Shown here piece by piece: positions 1 to 12,172 of a DNA stretch of 64,000 nucleotides (positions are counted from its first letter, which is position 1; every line of letters starts with the position of its first letter). A program made the translations under genes and the position numbers. This DNA comes from Mustelus asterias. Taxonomy: Eukaryota. The stretch lies in NCBI RefSeq assembly GCF_964213995.1, contig NC_135801.1, forward strand, positions 29,078,001 to 29,142,000, in the 5' to 3' direction. The notes beneath the pieces were generated by a model that saw only the letters and a list, made by a program, of their open reading frames with translations, did not search any database and had not been told where the DNA came from.

Positions 1-150
1 GTTAGTTAGATGGCTAGAGTGTGGTGCTTGATAATATCAATGGCATGTGTTTAATTCCTATACTGGCTGAGGTAGTATTTGGCATCTGCCTCTTCTGCTT
101 TCTCCATAATGATAGCATGGTTTAAGCCAGGGGTAGCAACTCTAGGACAA
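1..150 (+). mobile_element. Degenerate tRNA-derived SINE fragment
   Basis: Decayed A-box/B-box-like head (gttagttagatggct...gtttaattcctatactggctgagg). Confidence 0.35.
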
Positions 151-2482
151 TGAGGATGCTTTATGGAAAAAGAGCATGAGAGAGAGAGATAAGATGTGGT
201 TTACTGGAGACTAAACTCTATTCCACACATTCACTACAGGCTAGCTCTGCAGCAAATACTCTGACCTTTCACAAAGCCTTATGCAATGCATAAATGATCA
301 AATGTAAAGAACTTATCTGAATCTATCAATTCTTCAACTTACTGGCCTACAATCAGAGCTGACATTTGGAGCATTTCCCCTTGCTGAGGGTGATGAAATC
401 CCAGAATATCAATGGATTTGCTGTCTCTGTCCTGCCAGAGTGGCAAATGTGATTGTATAACCCAACTATAGTGAATGAACCTGACTCCATGCTTAAAGAT
501 TTTTGTGACTCTGAATTCTTGGTTTGATCCCTCTTTTCACCTTATGAGATTGTACTAATACTTCCCCTGCTGAAAAAGAATGCTGGCCTCCTCCTTCCTT
601 TGATAACCCCTCCCCACTCCTCTCCTCTTCCCCACTCCCCTTGGTCCAGGTATTCCCCCCATTTTACATTAAGACTGGACTTGCATCACTCCCGTGTGCA
701 ACACCATGTCAGATCAGCTAGTAATTCATGTCTATGATGGTGTACCTCCTGTGACAGATTTTTACTGGTGACTAAGTATTAGAAAGACCACACCTTTGTT
801 TAGGGAATAGGCAGCAGTTGCAGGGAAGCCTGTTTAGAAGTCTTAATTTGACCTGCACTTGTACAGTAATTTTGTTTTGTTTCATCTCTGCATTGCAAAT
901 TTAAATCTTTCTTTACAGATTGCCTGAACATAAGACATAAGGTTACTTTTATTATGCATTACATACTTATTGTCCTACTCATTACTATCTCCCTTCAACT
1001 AGACAGAAACTCCACTCAAACACAGACTGCAAAAAGGTCTGGCTCCACAAATAGCAGCTATTAATGATTCTATAGTTTCAAAGTGGTCCACAGGATCAGC
1101 ATCTGTGTGCTTACCTGCTCCTATATCAATCCCAATGCATCTAAACTCCTTACTAACAGCAAAGCAAGAAGCAAAAATGTCAAAATAAAGACATTTAACA
1201 CAACAGTATTTTACAAATGCTATATCTGCATTTTATTTAGACAATAAGTGGATTTTCAAGCTTATATTTCAACTTTGGATAATTGCGTTATGTCAAGTAA
1301 GCATTTTTTGATAATTCGAAGAATACTTTGGAAAAACAGATCTTTCTCATTAGATCTTTCATTAGAATCCAGATTCTATATTCAAACTAGATCCAAGCTA
1401 AAAAAAATTGCCAAAAATGAACTAGTATCTCTGTTAGATAATAAAGCAATTTAGAGATGATTTTCCAGACAACAAGCCATAGAGTGCATCTGCTGCTATT
1501 TAAACCCATGACACAGGCCTTTTAACATTAAGTGCTGAACACAATTGTGAATATTTGGGTCAGTCACAGGACTTTTGTGTCATTTTTCTGCCCCTCTATC
1601 TCTCTCCCTCCTCCTCTTCTCCCATTCCCTCCATGCAGTATTTTGCAACTGGATTTCTGAAATATAAAACATATTGTAGTGAATTTTGTAATTATTAAAA
1701 ATTCAAGAAGTCAGCTTACGAAGACTTTCTGCAGAATTGAGGCCTAAAGAATATTGCTCTTTAACCGTAGCTTATTCCATCAAAGTTAGCTACTTCCAAG
1801 GCAGCAAGTTCCTAATCTAGCCAGTATCATAACAAGAAGAACTGAAATATTTAACTCAGAGCCATTTCAGTGCACAGACAGACATTCAGAATGCCATTGA
1901 TAAGAGAGGTTGCCTTCCTGATCCTCAGTCTTAAAACAGCAAATCTCATTGCGAGAACAATGAAGGTTACATCTACTGTAAACAACCTACCCTATTATTC
2001 TACTGAACATATGAACAGCAGCACTTAAATTAGAACGAACTGATGCCATAGCTCTGCTGACCTGGACCTAGGGCATAGTCAGTAGTTCCACTTTAGGCAG
2101 GTACATGGAATGCTTGGGCCTGAAATAAACCATGCCCGATCACAGCCAAGTCACAATGAAAACTTTTTTTTCCTCACTTCTCTTTTTTGGTTTCGGGATA
2201 AAAACACAGATTTTTTTAAAGAACTTGATTTAACCTTTTCTTTTCTATCATTAAATGCTCAGATGTATAATAATGAACTCTGGTTCAAACATCCTCTCTC
2301 TACAGACTGGTGCCTGGCCTGCTAATTGCTTCCAGCATTTTCTTTTTTATTTTGAATTTCAGTAATTCATTTTGTGTCACCTTTCCATATTTGGAATGTC
2401 CCCAAAATATACACAGCTACCTGAAAAGGTGGTGTCACACCTTCTCCACGACACTGCTGCTCTTCTGTTCATTGGTAGAGGC

Positions 2483-3287
2483 ACAGTAAGAAGTCTCACA
2501 ACACAAGGTTAAAGCCCAACAGGTTTATTTGGTAGTAAAAGCCACAAGCTTTCGGAGCGCTGCCCCTTCATCAGGTGAGTGGGAGTTCTGTTCACAAACA
2601 GGGCATATAAAGACACAACTCAATTTACAAAATAATGGTTGGAATGCGAGTCTTTACAGGTAATCAAGTCTTAAAGGTACAGACAATGTGAGTGGAGAGA
2701 GGGTTAAGCACAGGTTAAAGAGATGTGTATTGTCTCCAGCCAGGACAGTTAGTGAGATTTTGCAAGCCCAGGCAGGTCGTGGGGGTTACAGAGAGTGTGA
2801 CATGAACCCAAGATCTTTGGGTAAGCGTTCTCCAAGGCAGCCTTCACGACACACGACAACGCAGAATCACTGAGCAGAAACTGATAGCCAAGTTCCGCAC
2901 ACATGAGGACAGCCTCAACTGGGATCTTGGGTTCATGTCACACTCTCTGTAACCCCCACGACCTGCCTGGGCTTCAAAATCTCACTAACTGTTCTGGCTG
3001 GAGATAATACACATCTCTTTAACCTGTGCTTAACCCTCTCTCCACTCACATTGTCTGTACCTTTAAGACTTGATTACCTGTCAAGACTCGCATTCCAACC
3101 GTTATTTTGTAAATTGAGTTTGTGTCTTTATATGCCCTGTTTGTGCACAGAACTCCCACTCGCCTGATGATGGAACAGCGCTCCGAAAGCTTGTGGCTTG
3201 CGCTACCAAATAAACCTGTTGGACTTTAACCTGGTGTTGTGTGAATTCTTACTGTGCTTACCCTAGTCCAACGCCGGCATTTTCACA
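2483..3287. mobile_element. Penelope-like element, 5'-truncated, with inverted terminal arm (fold-back)
   Basis: Arms ~2483-2815 and ~2922-3257 are reverse complements. The spacer encodes the end of the GIY-YIG ORF (RQRRITEQKLIAKFRTHEDSLN), homologous to 40972-41289. A 14-bp direct repeat tcattggtagaggc lies at 2469-2482 and 3288-3301. Confidence 0.88.
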
Positions 3288-3502
3288 TCATTGGTAGAGG
3301 CTGCAAAGGATGAGGTGCTATTAAAATAACTTTGGTGAGTTGTTGTAGTGCATTCTGCAGATTGTACACATTGCAGGTGTACCAGTGGTGGAGGGGGAGA
3401 TGTTTAGTCCAGTGGCATAGGCACCAATTCAGTGAAGTGCTTTGTTCTTGATGGTGTACAATTTATGTAGGTGCAGCTGTACCCAAAAAAAGATGAGGGA
3501 CT

Positions 3503-3910
3503 AAAGTAAAAAAGTTTATTTATTAGTCACAAGTAAGCTTTACATTAACACTGCAATGAAGTTACTGTGAAATTCCCCTAGTCACCACAGTCAAGCGCCT
3601 GTTCGGGTCAATGCACCTAACCAGCACATCTTTCAGACTGTGGGAGGAAACTGGAGCACCCGGAGGAAACCCNNNNNNNNNNNNNNNNNNNNNNNNNNNN
3701 NNNNNNNNNNNNNNNNNNNNNNNNNNNNNNNNNNNNNNNNNNNNNNNNNNNNNNNNNNNNNNNNNNNNNNNNNNNNNNNNNNNNNNNNNNNNNNNNNNNN
3801 NNNNNNNNNNNNNNNNNNNNNNNNNNNNNNNNNNNNNNNNNNNNNNNATCGAACCTGGGTCCCTGGCGCTGTGAGGCAGCAGTGCTAACCACTGTGCCAC
3901 CGAGCCGCCC
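3503..3910 (-). mobile_element. tRNA-derived HE1/V-type SINE, 'tail B' subfamily, interrupted by an N gap
   Basis: Head (minus strand) ggcggc..gtggcacagtggttagcactgct...ggttcgat; tail ...gtaacttcattgcagtgttaatgtaa...ttgtgactaataaataaacttt. Confidence 0.85.
3673..3847. other. Assembly gap or masked run of N
   Basis: 175 consecutive N. Confidence 0.99.
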
Positions 3911-4451
3911 ATGGTTTTGTTCCATTCCTGACTTGAGCCCTGTAGAATTGGGGCCAAAGCAGCGAGACCAACTATTTGTTTGTGCATCTACCTGGTGTTT
4001 CTACTAATGTTGTGTCGGGAGAACCTCTCCAAGGAAATTCCCAGTGATAGGGTTTGAGACTTTCTGGTATTAGAGTTTAGACGTAACAAGCAATTTTACA
4101 CCACGCATAAGGCTGCACTTGATGTAATGCACAAAATAAGTTAGAAAAATAAAGTTATTATAAACCATTATCTTATTTCATGAGGAATAGTAATGTATAC
4201 ATTTAAACACCAGCAATGCTAAGCCACAGAGAAGAATCAAAAGTATTCATTGCATTTATGTTTTAAATCAACTCTGGTCCAGAATGATTCCCCTGCTGAA
4301 GCAAAGCAAAAATATTAGAAAAGAAAGTATGAAATAATAATAAATGTTCCAGGTGGTGCTTGAAAATGTCTTTGCTTCCCAAGTGGATTATTTTTGACTA
4401 ATGGTGTTACTGGGTTACTGTGCCGATTTCAATACACAGACAGGAGAGATG

Positions 4452-4672
4452 TCACACTATATAATGTATTGCTGCATACCTAATCGTTTCTCCCAAATGG
4501 TTGAGAGTAACAACCTCTTCATTTCCCCACAAGGACCAGCCCTCCTCCTCCTGATCAGTCTCCAACGGTGTGTGAGAGATGTAACTTGGAGAAGAAAGAT
4601 TTTGTGGAGTCTCTTCCATTCTTCTGAGCACCCTCCACTCACTGTGCTCATATCCATCCAACCCCTCCAAAC
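4452..4672 (-). CDS. Candidate additional or alternative terminal exon of RNF150 (unverified)
   Basis: Acceptor ttccctatttgtactctgcacag|GT; phase-1 compatible with the 6688 donor; open for 73 codons to TGA at 4452-4454; possible internal donor AG|gtatgc at 4480. No recognised homology. Confidence 0.3.
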
Positions 4673-5029
4673 CTGTGCAGAGTACAAATAGGGAAATTCT
4701 TTCTTTCCCCCAGAGATACACTTTGGAAAAATAACTAACACTCTAGCATTGGCCATATCCTTTTATACTGTACAGGAACTGGGTTGGTAACATGGGTGTA
4801 TCTTGATGTCTCAAAACATCATGAAGGAAGAGTTGCAAATACATTTCCTTCAGAAAATAACATTTTGGGGTGCAGTATATGAATAATTTCAGTCATACCA
4901 TATGTTAATACTTGGGAGAAAAAAGTTGACTTTGGACCTATGATTCCCACAACTCTCCATAAGTTTTTCCATATGCTGTAGAGTTTATTGGTTGAAACTG
5001 ATTACTATGATTAGTCAACAACTGACAAA

Positions 5030-6350
5030 AGTGTTACTGTGCAGGAAGTGGCCATTTGGCCCATCATGTCCACACCGGCTCTCCAAATGAGCATTATGAT
5101 TTTGTGCCACTCTTTTGCCTTTATTGGGTACCCCTGAACATTGTTTCTATTCAAATAATCATTCACTTGAATGCTTCGATTGAACCTGCTTCTAACATAC
5201 TTCCAGTCAGTGCTTTCCAGACCCAAATCACTCATTGTATGAAAACGTTTTTTCTCGCATCACATTTGCTTCTTTGCAAATCACTTTAAATCTGTGCCTT
5301 CTTGTTCTCAATCCTTCTACAAGCGAGAACAGTCTCTTGCTATCTATTCTGTCCAGCCCTCTCATGATTTTGAGCATCTCTATCAAACTGCCTCTTTGCG
5401 TTCTTTTCTGCATAGAGAACAACCCCAATCTCTCCAATCTATCCTCGTAACTGAAGTCTCTTATCCCTGGAACCATTCTTGTAAACTTCTTCTGCATTCT
5501 CGTCAATGCATTCACATCCTTCTTATAGTGCGGCACCCAGAACTTTACACACTACTCCAGCTGAGGTCTCACTACAGAAGTTCAGCATAAGGTTCTTGTT
5601 CTTGTACACTATGCCCCTATTAATCAAACCCAGGATACGTATGCCTTATTAAGTGCTCTCCCCACCTTCAATGATCTATGCACAGATGCTCCTGCAGCCA
5701 CTTAAGAATTGTACCCTTTATTTTATATTTTTTGTTCTTCCTACCAAAATGCATTGCCTCACAGCTCTCCACATTGAACTTCATTTACCACCTATCTGCC
5801 CACTCCACCAACGTGTCTATGTCCTTTTGAGGTTCCACACTGTCCTCCACACTATTTACAATGCTTTCAAGTTTTGTTTCATCTGCAAACTTTGAAACCA
5901 TCCCCTGAACACTAAGATCTAGATCATTAATGTTTTTCAGGAAAAGCACGAGTCCAAATACCAACCCCTGGAAAACTCCACTACAAACTTTCCTCCAGCC
6001 CCAAAAGTATCCATTAAATCCATTAAACATTACTCTATGTTTACCGTAATTCAACCAATTTTGTAACAACGTTGTTACTGTCCCTTTTACTATAACTTTT
6101 CTTCCAAGTCTGTTGTGGCACTATAATTCCTTTTGAAAGTCCATGTATAAATCAACAGCATTACCCTCAATGACCATTTTATTTTACCTCTTCTAAAGAC
6201 TCCAGCAAGTTAGTTAACCATAACTTCCCCTTTAGAAATCCATGCTGACACTTCCTGATCAACCCACATTTTTCCATATGACTTCTAATTCTATTCCGAA
6301 TAACTGCTTTTAGAAGCTTCTCTGCCACTGTAGTTCAATTGACTGGACTG
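5030..6350 (-). mobile_element. Degenerate CR1-clade LINE, 3' portion
   Basis: Broken RT fragments (SKFADETK; PHYKKDVNALTRMQKKFTRMVPG...RGSLIEMLKIMRG) in ORFs 5228..5536 and 5785..6069. Confidence 0.85.
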
Positions 6351-6687
6351 TAATTTTATCTTACAATTACAGGGATGGTCGATGGCAACACTGCTGCACT
6401 TTGGTCTTTTTCTGTCTAACAATTCCTTTGGTGATAGTTCCCCAGGAAAGGTGAACGTATGCTAGTCCTTTGCAATGGTGTATGGGGGATTGAGATATGC
6501 ATTAGAATTGTGCTGATTCTAAATGGAGGGAAACTGAAAATACATTAACTAGGCAAAACAAATCAATATCAAATTCTTAAATTTTGGAGGCAAGACCAAC
6601 CCAGTAGTATAATTCATTTCTTTGCCTATCTCTAAACAAATTGCAGCATAGGACAAGAAAGGCAATATAATTCCAAGTCGAACTTAC

Positions 6688-6901
6688 TGTTGCTAGTAGT
6701 AATATTAACCTCTTCAACTTGCTGAACAGTGTCATTGTCCTGAATGATCTGTGAAAGGCCAATAGTTCGAACAGGAGGATCAAGACCAACAGAACTTTCA
6801 TTCACTGTCACATCACTGGCACCTGTAATTTGATTAGTGGGTGGCCCTCCTATGGATCCTTCAAAATCAGTTGTCACGTCGTCTGCACAATCTGCATTTG
6901 G
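6688..6901 (-). CDS. RNF150: RNF150 coding exon (cytoplasmic tail), probably exon 6
   Basis: 214-nt exon, ctcttctag|CCAAAT...AACA|gtaagt, phase 0->1. Translates PNADCADDVTTDFEGSIGGPPTNQITGASDVTVNESSVGLDPPVRTIGLSQIIQDNDTVQQVEEVNITTSN; the GGPPTNQITGASD motif is characteristic of RNF150 rather than RNF130/RNF149. Confidence 0.93.
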
Positions 6902-8172
6902 CTAGAAGAGAAAGGACATGAGTTACAAGTAAAACAAGAAGTTCTCTCATTTCCTGATAAATAAAACATACAGCTATAGAGTGATTGTGATTTCACATCA
7001 TTTTCACATTTCATGGATTAACAATTGATTGAAGGGGGCAATTGGAAAGTTTCATGCTTTTAGAGGGCCATAGATACAAAAGTGTTAATGGATGTGATAA
7101 ATCCAGAGCAAAACACTCAACAAAATAAATGAAACAGCATTTACACTATGTGGTTACATTTTTCAATCCAGCAGATAACGCCAATCAGGAACAAGTTTTG
7201 CAAACATTTCCATTCCTTATTTGGATGCAACAAGCCAGACTACACGTTAAACTTGACAGATGTTTCTCTTTTAAGTCCTGCCTCAAATCTTTCTTTCGCA
7301 ATTACGATGCTAGCAGTGACCAGAAATCACAATTTTACCAATTTAAATACATAATACACTCACAGCCATGATCACTGCATATCCAATTTTAATCCCACCC
7401 CACCCACCCCCACACTATCTGCAAAAAATCTCACTTGTTCAAGCTCATTATGTAAGTTGTGGTAAATATATCTTACTTTCATCAACACCCTGACATGCTG
7501 CAAATGATGGCGTTTGTCTTTATTTCTATTTATTGCCGAACAGAAGATGCAACAGTTTCACTGGAGATTAGATTTATCGAATGATTAGGCTCAGCCCTTA
7601 CACATCATTGCCATTGCTGCAATAGTACTATTGGCTTTTTGTTTAACATACCAGAAATTAATGCATTTTTATCCAACTGCTTTTACAAAACTGCAGTACA
7701 AGGGTTGAGGTAATATTGAACCACAAGAAAAGGGATTTGAGCTGTTCATGAATAGACTTGGAATCATGACGTGTTACTTTACAGGAATGTACATCACACA
7801 TAATTCTGTGAAATATACAGAGATAAAACCAACCATTACATTTTTCTGGGCTTGGTCATAATTTCCCACTTCTTTCACTGGGGTTGAAAGTCAGGCATGG
7901 AAAGATCCATGTAGTTGGGTTAGTAGTGGCATCAGTCTTCGGATACTGCACTTGGTGTGGAGCTGAACCATTCAGAGCAATCTTAAATGAATTCACCACT
8001 TTCAATCAGAGCAGAACAAGTCAGGAAACAGATATTTCCAGCAGCTTTTAAAGGAGTCCTCGGTTGCTTTCAAGTGAGGTGGTATAGAGTTTTATGAGGC
8101 ATTTTCTTGGATTAGCTTATAGGTTGCCACATCTTAAACACTGAGTGTGCTTTAGTTGGTTCTGAACTGCTA

Positions 8173-10540
8173 AGAAACAGAGAAACATAGAAAAACTACA
8201 GCACAATACAGGCCCTTCAGCCCCCAAAGTTGTGCCGAACATATCCCTACCTTAGCGATTACTAGGCTTACCTATAACCCTCTATCTTACTAAGTTCCAT
8301 GTACTTATCTAAAAGTCTCTTAAAAGACCCTATCGAATCCGCCTCCACCACCGTTGCTGGCAGCCCATTCCACGCACCCACCACCCTCTGAGTGAAAAAC
8401 TTACCCCTGACATCTCCTCTGTACCTACTCCCCAGCACCTTAAACCTGTGTTAAACTCTTGTGGCAACCATTTCAGCCCTGGGAAATAGCCTCGGACTAT
8501 CCACTCAATCAATACCTCTCAACACCTTATACACCTCTATCAGGTCACCCCCTCATCCTTCATCTCTCCAAGGAGAAAAGGCCGAGCTCACTCAACCTAT
8601 CTTCATAAGGCATACTCCCCAACCCAGGCAACATCCTTGTAAATCTCCTCTGCACCCTTTCTATGGCTTCCACATCCTTCCTGTAATGAGACGACCAGAA
8701 CTGAGCACAGTACTCCAAGTGAGGTCTGACTAGGGTCTTATATAGCTGCAACATTATCTCACGACTCCTAAACTCAATTCCTCGATTGATGAAGGCCAGT
8801 ACACCATACGCCTTCTTAACCACAGCCTCAACCTGCACAGCTGCTTTGAGTGTCCTATGAACTCGGACCCCAAGATCCTTCTGATCTTCCACTCTGCCAA
8901 GAGTCCTACCATTAATATTATATTCTGCCATCTTATTTGACCTGCCAAAACGAACCACCTCACACTTATCTGGGTTGAACTCCATCTGCCACTTCTCCGC
9001 CCAGTCTTGCATCCTATCAATGTCTCGCTGCAACTTCTGACATCCCTCCACACTATCCACAACACCTCCAACCTTTGTGTCATCAGCAAACTTACCAACC
9101 CATCCCTCCACTTCCTCATCCAGGTCATTTATAAAAATCACAAAGAGTAAGGGTCCCAGAACAGAACCCTGGGGAGCTCCACTGGTGACCGACCTCCATG
9201 CAGAATATGACCCATCTATAACCACTCTTTGCCTTCTGTGGGCAAGCCAGTTCTGGATCCACAAAGCAATGTCCCCTTGGATCCCATGCCCCCTCACTTT
9301 CTCAATAAGCCTTGCATGGGGCACCTTATCAAATGCCTTGCTGAAGTCCATATATACATCTACTGCTCTTCCTTCATCAATGGGTTTAGTCACATCCTCA
9401 AAAAATTCAACCAGGCTCGTAAGGCATGATCTGCCTTTGACAAAGCCATGCTGACTATTCTTAATCATATTATACCTCTCCAAATGTTCATAAATCCTGC
9501 CTCTCAGGATCTTCTCCATCAACTTACCAACCACTGAGGTTAGACTCACTGGTCTATAATTTCCAGGGCTATCTCTACTCCCTTTCGTGAATAAAGGAAC
9601 AACATCCGCAATCCTCCAATCCTCCGGAACCTCTCTCATCTCCATTGATGATGCAAAGATCATCGCCAGAGGCTCAGCAGTCTCCTCCCTCACCTCCCAC
9701 AGTAGCCTGGGGTACATCTCATCCGGTTCCGGCGACTTATCTAACTTGATGCTTTTCAAAAGCTCCAACACATCCTCTTTCGTAATATCTACATGCTCAA
9801 GCTTTTCAGTCCGCTGCAAGTCTGCACTACAACCACCAAGATCCTTTTCCATAGTGAATACTGAAGTAAAGTATTCATTAAGTACCTCTGCTATTTCTTC
9901 CGGTTCCATACAAACTTTCCCACCGTCACACTTGATAGGTCCTACTCTTTCACGTCTTATCCTCTTGCTCTTCACATACTTGTAGAATGCCTTGGGGTTT
10001 TCCTTAATCCTGCCTGCCAAGGCCTTCTCATGACCCCTTCTGGCTCTCCTAATTTCCTTCTTAAGATCATAAAACCATAGAACCCCTACAGTGCAGAAAG
10101 AGGCCATTCGGCCCATCGAGTCTACACCGACAACAATCCCACCCAGGCCCTATCCCCATATCCCTACATACTTACCTGCTAATCCCTCTAACCCTCATAT
10201 TAACCTGCTAATCCCTTTAATCTACGCATCCCGGGACACTAAGGGGCAATTTAGCTTGGCCAATCAACCTAACCTGCACATCTTTGGACTGTGGGAGGAA
10301 ACCGGAGCACCCGAAGGAAACCCACGCAGACGCGGGGAGAATGTGCAAACTCCGCACAGACAGTGACCCAAGCCGGGAATCGAACCCAGGTCCCTGGAGC
10401 TGTGAAGCAGCAGTGCTAACCACTATGCTACCGTGCCGCCCTTATTAGCGGCACTTCCTTCCTTCCTTCGATCCTTCCTATTAGCCGTATACTCTTCAAG
10501 ATCTCTAACATTACCTAGCTCCCTGAACCTTTTGTAAGCT
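8173..10540 (-). mobile_element. Relatively young CR1-clade (HER1-like) LINE, 5'-truncated, interrupted by a SINE
   Basis: ORF 8560..10116 has a continuous RT domain ([49 protein letters not shown]) and ends at a CGA>TGA stop. The 3' tail has ctatgtttct-type repeats at ~8173-8195. 10470-10540 continues the LINE beyond the SINE. Confidence 0.95.
10066..10441 (-). mobile_element. HE1/V-type SINE with CR1-like tail, inserted into the CR1 LINE
   Basis: Full tRNA-like head (A box tagtggttagc, B box ggttcgattccc), central domain, and tail gatgggccgaatggcctctttctgcactgtagg; contains an internal ~30-bp duplication (acctgctaatccct). Confidence 0.92.
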
Positions 10541-10559
10541 AACAAGCACCTTGAGGAAG

Positions 10560-10950
10560 TGGAGAAGCAGGAGCTGCACAGGAGGGAGGCTGTAAAGTGC
10601 CCAATCAGATGATGAGGTGCTGTTCCTCCAGTTTACGTTGGGCTTCACTTGAACATTGCAAAAGACCAAGGACAGGAGAGCAGGGTGGTGTGTTGAAATG
10701 GCAAGTGACAGGAAGGTCTGGGTCCTGCTTGCTGACGGACCAAAGGTATTCTGCAAAGCGGTCACCCAGGCTGCGTTTGGTCTCTCCGATGTAGAGTAGA
10801 CCTCATTGGGAACAGCGAATGCACTAGACCACATTAAGGGAGATGCATGTGAAGCGCTGCTTCACCGGAAAAGAGTGCTTGAGCCCTGGGATGGTGAGCA
10901 GGGAGGAGATGAAGGGGCAGGTGTTGCACTTTCTACGGTTGCACATAAAA
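10560..10950 (-). mobile_element. Penelope-like element fragment, second family (GIY-YIG endonuclease relic)
   Basis: Hand translation across stops and frameshifts: CNRRKCNTCPF...CIRCSQ*GLLYIGETKRSLGDRFAEY...DLPVTCHFN...EAQRKLEEQHLI. Confidence 0.8.
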
Positions 10951-11210
10951 TGCCAATACATGGTACTTTGTCAAATGCTTTTTGCAAGTCCATACATCAA
11001 ACATTAATGTTATTTCATTGAAGAACTCAATCAAGTTTGTCAGGCATGATTTGCCTCTAACAAGTCTGAAAATTGATATTTATTAACCTATGTTCTTCCA
11101 AGTAGCAATTCATTTTATCCTGGGTTGTGGTCTCTGGAATTTTCCCTCAACAGACATTGGGTTGACGAGTCAATAGTTGTTGGGTTTATCCCTCTCCCCT
11201 TTCTGAATAC
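10950..11210 (-). mobile_element. Old CR1 RT fragment
   Basis: Minus-strand atggacttgcaaaaagcatttgacaaagtacca (MDLQKAFDKVP). Confidence 0.6.
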
Positions 11211-11984
11211 CAGTTCTGTCTTTGGAAGTCCATCTCTGCACTTCGATCGCCATTAATGAAAACTCCAGTAACTTGTATAATCTCTTCCTTTCAAGTTGAG
11301 AAGCTATTTTCATTGTGTCAGTTTGTGAAATATCTTGTGAATTTATTTTTAAATGTTAAAGTACTGTGTGCATGCAAATTGTACTTCTTGAGTAAGAAGT
11401 CACAATATCCAGCATCCAAAATGCCTGAAGCACTAATAGCCTCAGACCAGCTATGAATCTGTAAAATATCAGAATGAAAATTGTTAAGTGGTTGCATTCT
11501 CAGGCAAGTGTGATGGCATTAAGTAAGGATGCATAAACTAAATAAGCAAATTGTCTATGCCCTGCACCCCCAGACCATAAAGGGAGAGTCATGTTAAAAG
11601 CAGGTACAGTATGGTCAATGATCTATCATCAGAAACATTAACTTTGCTTTATTCTCCAGAAACGCCCCCTGACCTGCCGAGCATTTCAAGCATTTTCAGC
11701 TTTATTTCAGATTTCCAGCACCTGCAGTATTTTGGAACTGTCTTCATTTCCTGTTTGTTCTAAACTGAAGGCACAGGAGGTCAGTCTATTCTGGAGTGAC
11801 AGCATTCAGTACTTAGCCCCTATACAAGTACTGTCATGACAGATTATGAGGAACTAAAGAAATCATCATGCTTAGATCATCAGAACTATTAAAAGATCGG
11901 AAATGGCTCGTGCTTAGATAAGTATAAAAGGGTGGGGGGCTTCCATCCCTGTTTTCAGCAGGCAGGAATGGTGACAGGGGTCAA

Positions 11985-12172
11985 AGAATCATAGAATCCT
12001 ACAGTGCAAAAAGAGGCCATTCAGCCCATCTAGTCTGCACCAACCACAATCCCACCCAGGCCCTATCCCCATATCCCTACATATTTACCCACTAATCCCT
12101 CTAACCTATGCATCCCAGGACACTAAGGGGCAATTTAGAATGGCCAATCAACCTAGCCCGCACATCTTTGGA
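11985..12172 (-). mobile_element. Partial HE1-type SINE (3' half)
   Basis: Matches the tail half of the SINEs at 10066 and 58218. Confidence 0.85.

Noticed and set aside
1860-1935. Possible terminal RNF150 exon after ttttaag on the minus strand
   Set aside because: A phase-1 join gives an immediate stop and no resemblance to the known C-terminus.
8560-10116. 518-aa ORF as an intact or domesticated gene
   Set aside because: Truncated CR1 RT; its N-terminus is read from the inserted SINE tail, it lacks the endonuclease, and it ends at a CpG-decay stop.
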